64,000 nucleotides of DNA from Eledone cirrhosa. Its lineage: Eukaryota. The notes under the pieces are model-generated. The model was not told where the DNA came from. It made no database searches and saw only the letters and a list, made by a program, of their open reading frames with translations. Where the stretch lies: the NCBI GenBank assembly GCA_964016885.1, contig CAXHJY010001343.1:1-64000 (forward strand), read 5' to 3'. A program made the position numbers and the translations under genes. Below, one piece after another: positions 57,827-64,000 of this stretch; position 1 is the stretch's first letter, and each line of letters starts with the position of its first letter.

Positions 57827-58855
57827 TACTAGCTCTTTCAACTGCGCAGAGGGTTCTATAGGAATAGTCGACAGCTTCCGTTACCTGGGTGACAAAATCA
57901 GCAGTGGGGGAGGGTGCTCTGAAAGTACAGTAGCTAGAGTCAGAACTGGGTGGAAAAAGTTCAGAGAGCTTATACCACTATTAGCCGCTAAGGGTTCTCC
58001 CTAAAAATGAAAGGCAGGCTGTACGATGCCTGCATACGAACAGCAATGTTGCATGGCAGGGAGACCTGGGCATTGTGTGCAGAGGATATACGCAGACTAG
58101 AGAGAAACGAAGCTTGCATGCTCCGCTGGATGTCGAAGCTTGCATGCTCCGCTGGATGTGTAATAGTAATATACGTGAACGGCAAAGCATAAACGAACTA
58201 AGGAAAAAATTAGAAATAAGAGGGATCAGATGTTGTTTACTAGAGAGAAGGCTACGTTGGTATGGTCACGTGATGCGCATGAAGGACGATAGCTGTATAA
58301 CAAAGTGCAGGGCAATAAAGATAGACGGTAGCCACGGAATAGGCAGACCCAGAAAAAACCTGGGACGAGCTGATAAACTCCGACCTCACACACTTACACC
58401 TCACCAAAACAATGTCACTGGACCAAGACCTTTGCCGGTACTCAGTAATAGAGAAGACCCGCCTTACCTAAATACAAAGTAAAACCTACTACAGTCAGTA
58501 GGCATCTCTAACAAAATACACCCCCGTCCCACCACCCCCACCCCATCCACACCGCCCCCTTCTATGTAAAGTTATGTTGGTGCCACACCATCCAGGCCGA
58601 AACAAATGAGATCGTGTAGGTGTCACGACAAAAAAACACACAGTCCACGCTGTAATGTGGCCGTGTAGGCAACACGGTAAAAACCTCCCAGACCCACACT
58701 GTAAATATGGTTGGTGTTAGGAAGGGCATCCAACTGTAGAAAGCCTGCCAGACATTCCTATGCGAGCAAGACAATCACTCTTGCCTCAAGTGGGAAAACC
58801 CCCGTCCAAACCCATGCAAGCGTGGAACACGGACGTTAAACGTTGATGATGATGA
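57827..58855 (+). mobile_element. RTE family B, 5'-truncated, frameshifted, with a 26-bp internal duplication
   Basis: Matches 13001-14020; cgaagcttgcatgctccgctggatgt repeated at 58108 and 58134. Confidence 0.93.
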
Positions 58856-58935
58856 GTATATATATACACATACATATATATATATATATACACATACATA
58901 TATATATATTTATACACATACATATATATATATAT

Positions 58936-58966
<31 letters not shown>

Positions 58967-59035
58967 CACATATATATATACACATACATACATATATATA
59001 TATATACACATACACATATATATACACATACATAC

Positions 59036-59092
<57 letters not shown>

Positions 59093-59163
59093 CACATACA
59101 TACATATATATATATATACACATACATATATATATACACATACATACATATATATATATATAT

Positions 59164-59202
<39 letters not shown>

Positions 59203-59246
59203 CATACATACATACACATACATATATATATATATATATACACATA

Positions 59247-59460
59247 TTATAATGAAATGACAGGAGACTGGATTTGTGTAAATCCTTGAAAGGTTTATTA
59301 TACTATGATCATTTCAATGACCGGGTTCCGTATGAATCCGGTGATATCATCAGGTATTCGAAATATAAAACGTGAATGTAATAGATAAAATCCATGGGGA
59401 TGAAAATCGAGGACCCGAGAGCGACCGCTATCTTGCACCCTCTACCTTAGCCGGTCGCCC
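59247..59460 (-). mobile_element. Inverted Penelope-type terminal repeat (pLTR) fragment of a second family
   Basis: Minus strand has a GC hairpin, a hammerhead motif, AATAAA, then the (TA)n array. No visible similarity to 61372-61810. Confidence 0.6.
59300..59357 (-). ncRNA. Minimal type I hammerhead ribozyme motif
   Basis: AUAC-CUGAUGA-[helix II accgg.uuc/gaa.ccggu]-GAAA-UGAUC-AUA^GUAU; palindromic AUGAUCAU at helix III. Confidence 0.7.
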
Positions 59461-59705
59461 TGTAGGTCCCTAGATCGGTTACTCTCGCCGATTCTGCTGA
59501 GGAGGTCCTCCGTGCTGTCACATACATCTGGGGACATTTCAATGATGGGGTGTATGATCAGGGAGAGGAAGTAGGACAGTCTGTAGTTACTAGCAATGTT
59601 AGCTCCACAGACTGGCCGTGTTGGTGGTCCCGTGACAGGGTCACTGCCCGTTTTATGGTCTTTTCGAAGCCCATACAACGCCGGCACGTCATTGTTCCAG
59701 GGGTC
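59461..59705 (-). pseudogene. Inverted segment of Penelope RT (region upstream of motif A)
   Basis: PALYGLRKDHK...PPTRPVCGA...CDSTEDLL...SRDL continues in protein terms into plus-strand DLTNCIIGSMDV. Confidence 0.85.
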
Positions 59706-61810
59706 TGGGACCTAACAAACTGCATAATAGGTAGTATGGATGTTGTGTCCCTGTATCCATCTATTGACGTGGATTTTGCTGTGGAGAAATGCGTAGAAAT
59801 GATCAGTGAGAGCAATGTTGAGTTCCGTGGGATTGATACCAGTGAGCTGGGACTCCTACTTAAACTTACCTATAGTAATAATTACCTAGACACATATGAC
59901 CTTAGCAACCTGTGCCCTACAAGACCAGCACGAGGCAGACCACCTACCATTACCTCAATGGCCAAGAAAACCCACACAGATAGATGGAACGGGTGGACCA
60001 GAGCCATACGGACACCCGAAAACCACGATGAACTGAAGACAATGATTGCACATGTGGTAGGGGCCAGCATAAAACTAACCCTTAAGGAACATATGTTCAA
60101 ATTTAATGGAAAAACATATGCCCAAGAGGAAGGAGCAGCCATTGGTGTTAGCATTGCAGGCGACATAGCTAACTTATTCATGGTATGGTGGGACAGTAGA
60201 CTTAAACTTAAAGAACAATTAGAAGACCCCTTAACCCTGATAATGTACTCCCGCTACGTTGATGATATAAACATCGTAGTTAAGATACCCCCACTAGAGA
60301 ACAGTCAGGAACTAGAGAAAAACACAATGGAAAGCATCCAGCAAATAACTAACTCCATCCACAAGAGTATTAGAGTTACTATAGACTACCCAAGTAAACA
60401 CCCCAACCATCGATTACCTGTACTAGACACAGAGCTCTGGTTAGATACCATTAACAACAAAAAACAAATCCTCCATTCCCATTACGCCAAACCCATGACT
60501 TCCAAATATCTGATCCACCGAAACTCGGCCGTTTCGGACCATACCAAAATCAACGTACTGATTGCGGATTTGGTACGGGTGATGAGAAACATGTCCCGCA
60601 TGTGCAACCCCGAAGAACTAGAGAGACACATACAACACTTCATCCACCGTATGCAGTTCTCTGGCTACAATCAGAGTGTATAGAGGAGCCAGAACCAAAT
60701 GGGAAAAAATGGTAAATAATGACATAAATGGGACCTGCTCCTTGTATAGGAGCAAATTTTGGAATAGAATAGAAAGAACTAGGAACAAGGCTAATAGAAT
60801 AAACTCATGGTATGATAGCAATAAATACCAGAGTGTAATGTTCATCGATACAACCGCTAGAGGTGAATTAGCTTACAAATTTAGAAGGGCCCTAAATAAA
60901 CATAAACTCAATATTAAGATAGTAGAAAGACCAGGTACCTCCGTAAAAACACTTATTAGCAAGACATACCCTTTTCAAAGACCCTCATGTATAGATAAGA
61001 AATGTATAACCTGTAAAATAAGCCCCCATATTAACTGTAAAACTAGAAATGTAGTGTATAGCATAAGATGTACTGAAGGACAATGTAGAGACAAAAATAT
61101 AGTGTACATAGGTGAGACAGCTCGTAGTGTAGGGGAACGGATAAATGAACACTGGCGAGACCTTCAAGATAATAAAGAATCATCTGTACTCTACCAACAT
61201 GCTAAAATAGAACACAGGGATAAATTAGAGAACATAGAAATAAAAATAGAATCTACACACAGAAAAGACGCAATGTTTAGACAAATCACAGAGGCAATAA
61301 ACATAAAAGAATTACAACCAAAATTAAATAGGAAATATGAGTGGAACAGCAACATCACAACTTACAATTAAGGACAAAATAAAAACACACACACACATAG
61401 AACAAACAACCAACCAGTAAGATGTAACTAAACAAATAAATAAATGAACATAAACACACACAGACACCCGGATGTGGCGCATGCGCAGACTGAGCACGCA
61501 ACGCACACACAGAAACAAAATGGCGTAGGACAGAACAAATGAGAGGCACAAAAACAAAGAAAAGAATCCCCAGTCACTGAAGAGGTCACAGAGTGTGTGA
61601 CGAAAGAACTATGACAATATATTAACAACTATCTGGTTGTGGAACCAACCAACCAACGAGAAATATATAAATTTATTATAATAAATTGAAGTGAAAGCAG
61701 GTGGTGCGTGTGTTTCTTATTGGCAACATGACCCTCCCAAAGTATAACAATATCAGTTTCAACACACGATTTCAGATAAAGAATCTTGCTAAACAAATTC
61801 AGAAACGAAA
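59706..61810 (+). mobile_element. Penelope-like element (RT + C-terminal GIY-YIG), Naiad-like; ORF broken near 60680
   Basis: GSMDVVSLYPSI, QEEGAAIG..LFMVWWD, YSRYVDD, MQFSGY; NVVYSIRC..YIGETAR..R..EH, EAINI..P.LN.K.EW. Clade assigned from recalled motifs. Confidence 0.88.
61573..61615 (+). ncRNA. Minimal type I hammerhead ribozyme motif in the PLE 3' repeat
   Basis: GUCA-CUGAAGA-G-GUCACA gagug UGUGAC-GAAA-GAA-CUA^UGAC; one extra unpaired G at the base of helix II. Confidence 0.65.

Positions 61811-64000
<2,190 letters not shown>

Noticed and set aside
60676-61620. Selenocysteine recoding as described for some Naiad PLEs
   Set aside because: No in-frame TGA in the visible ORF and no convincing SECIS hairpin.

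Overview
AT-rich, repeat-dominated eukaryotic DNA. The TE repertoire, the tRNA-derived SINEs and the giant (TA)n/(TACA)n arrays resemble a coleoid cephalopod (Octopus-like) genome; this is inference, not a database match. Most long Y/I/C/V/H/T-rich ORFs in the track are microsatellite artefacts. Real content: three RTE-clade LINE families (two with a shared tail, one of these with a visible PHD finger inserted in the RT); a near-intact 946-aa R4/Dong-type RLE retrotransposon plus decayed relatives; a Penelope-like element (RT+GIY-YIG, Naiad-like) with an inverted RT segment and two different minimal hammerhead ribozyme motifs; several SINE families, one sharing the RTE 3' tail; two non-autonomous Helitrons; a deleted mariner closely resembling human Hsmar2; piggyBac-type and foldback MITEs; and a few candidate minus-strand host exons. 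The main system-level pattern is a community of unrelated retroelements embedded in (TA)n-type arrays, with RTE 5' junctions falling on AT/TA microhomologies.
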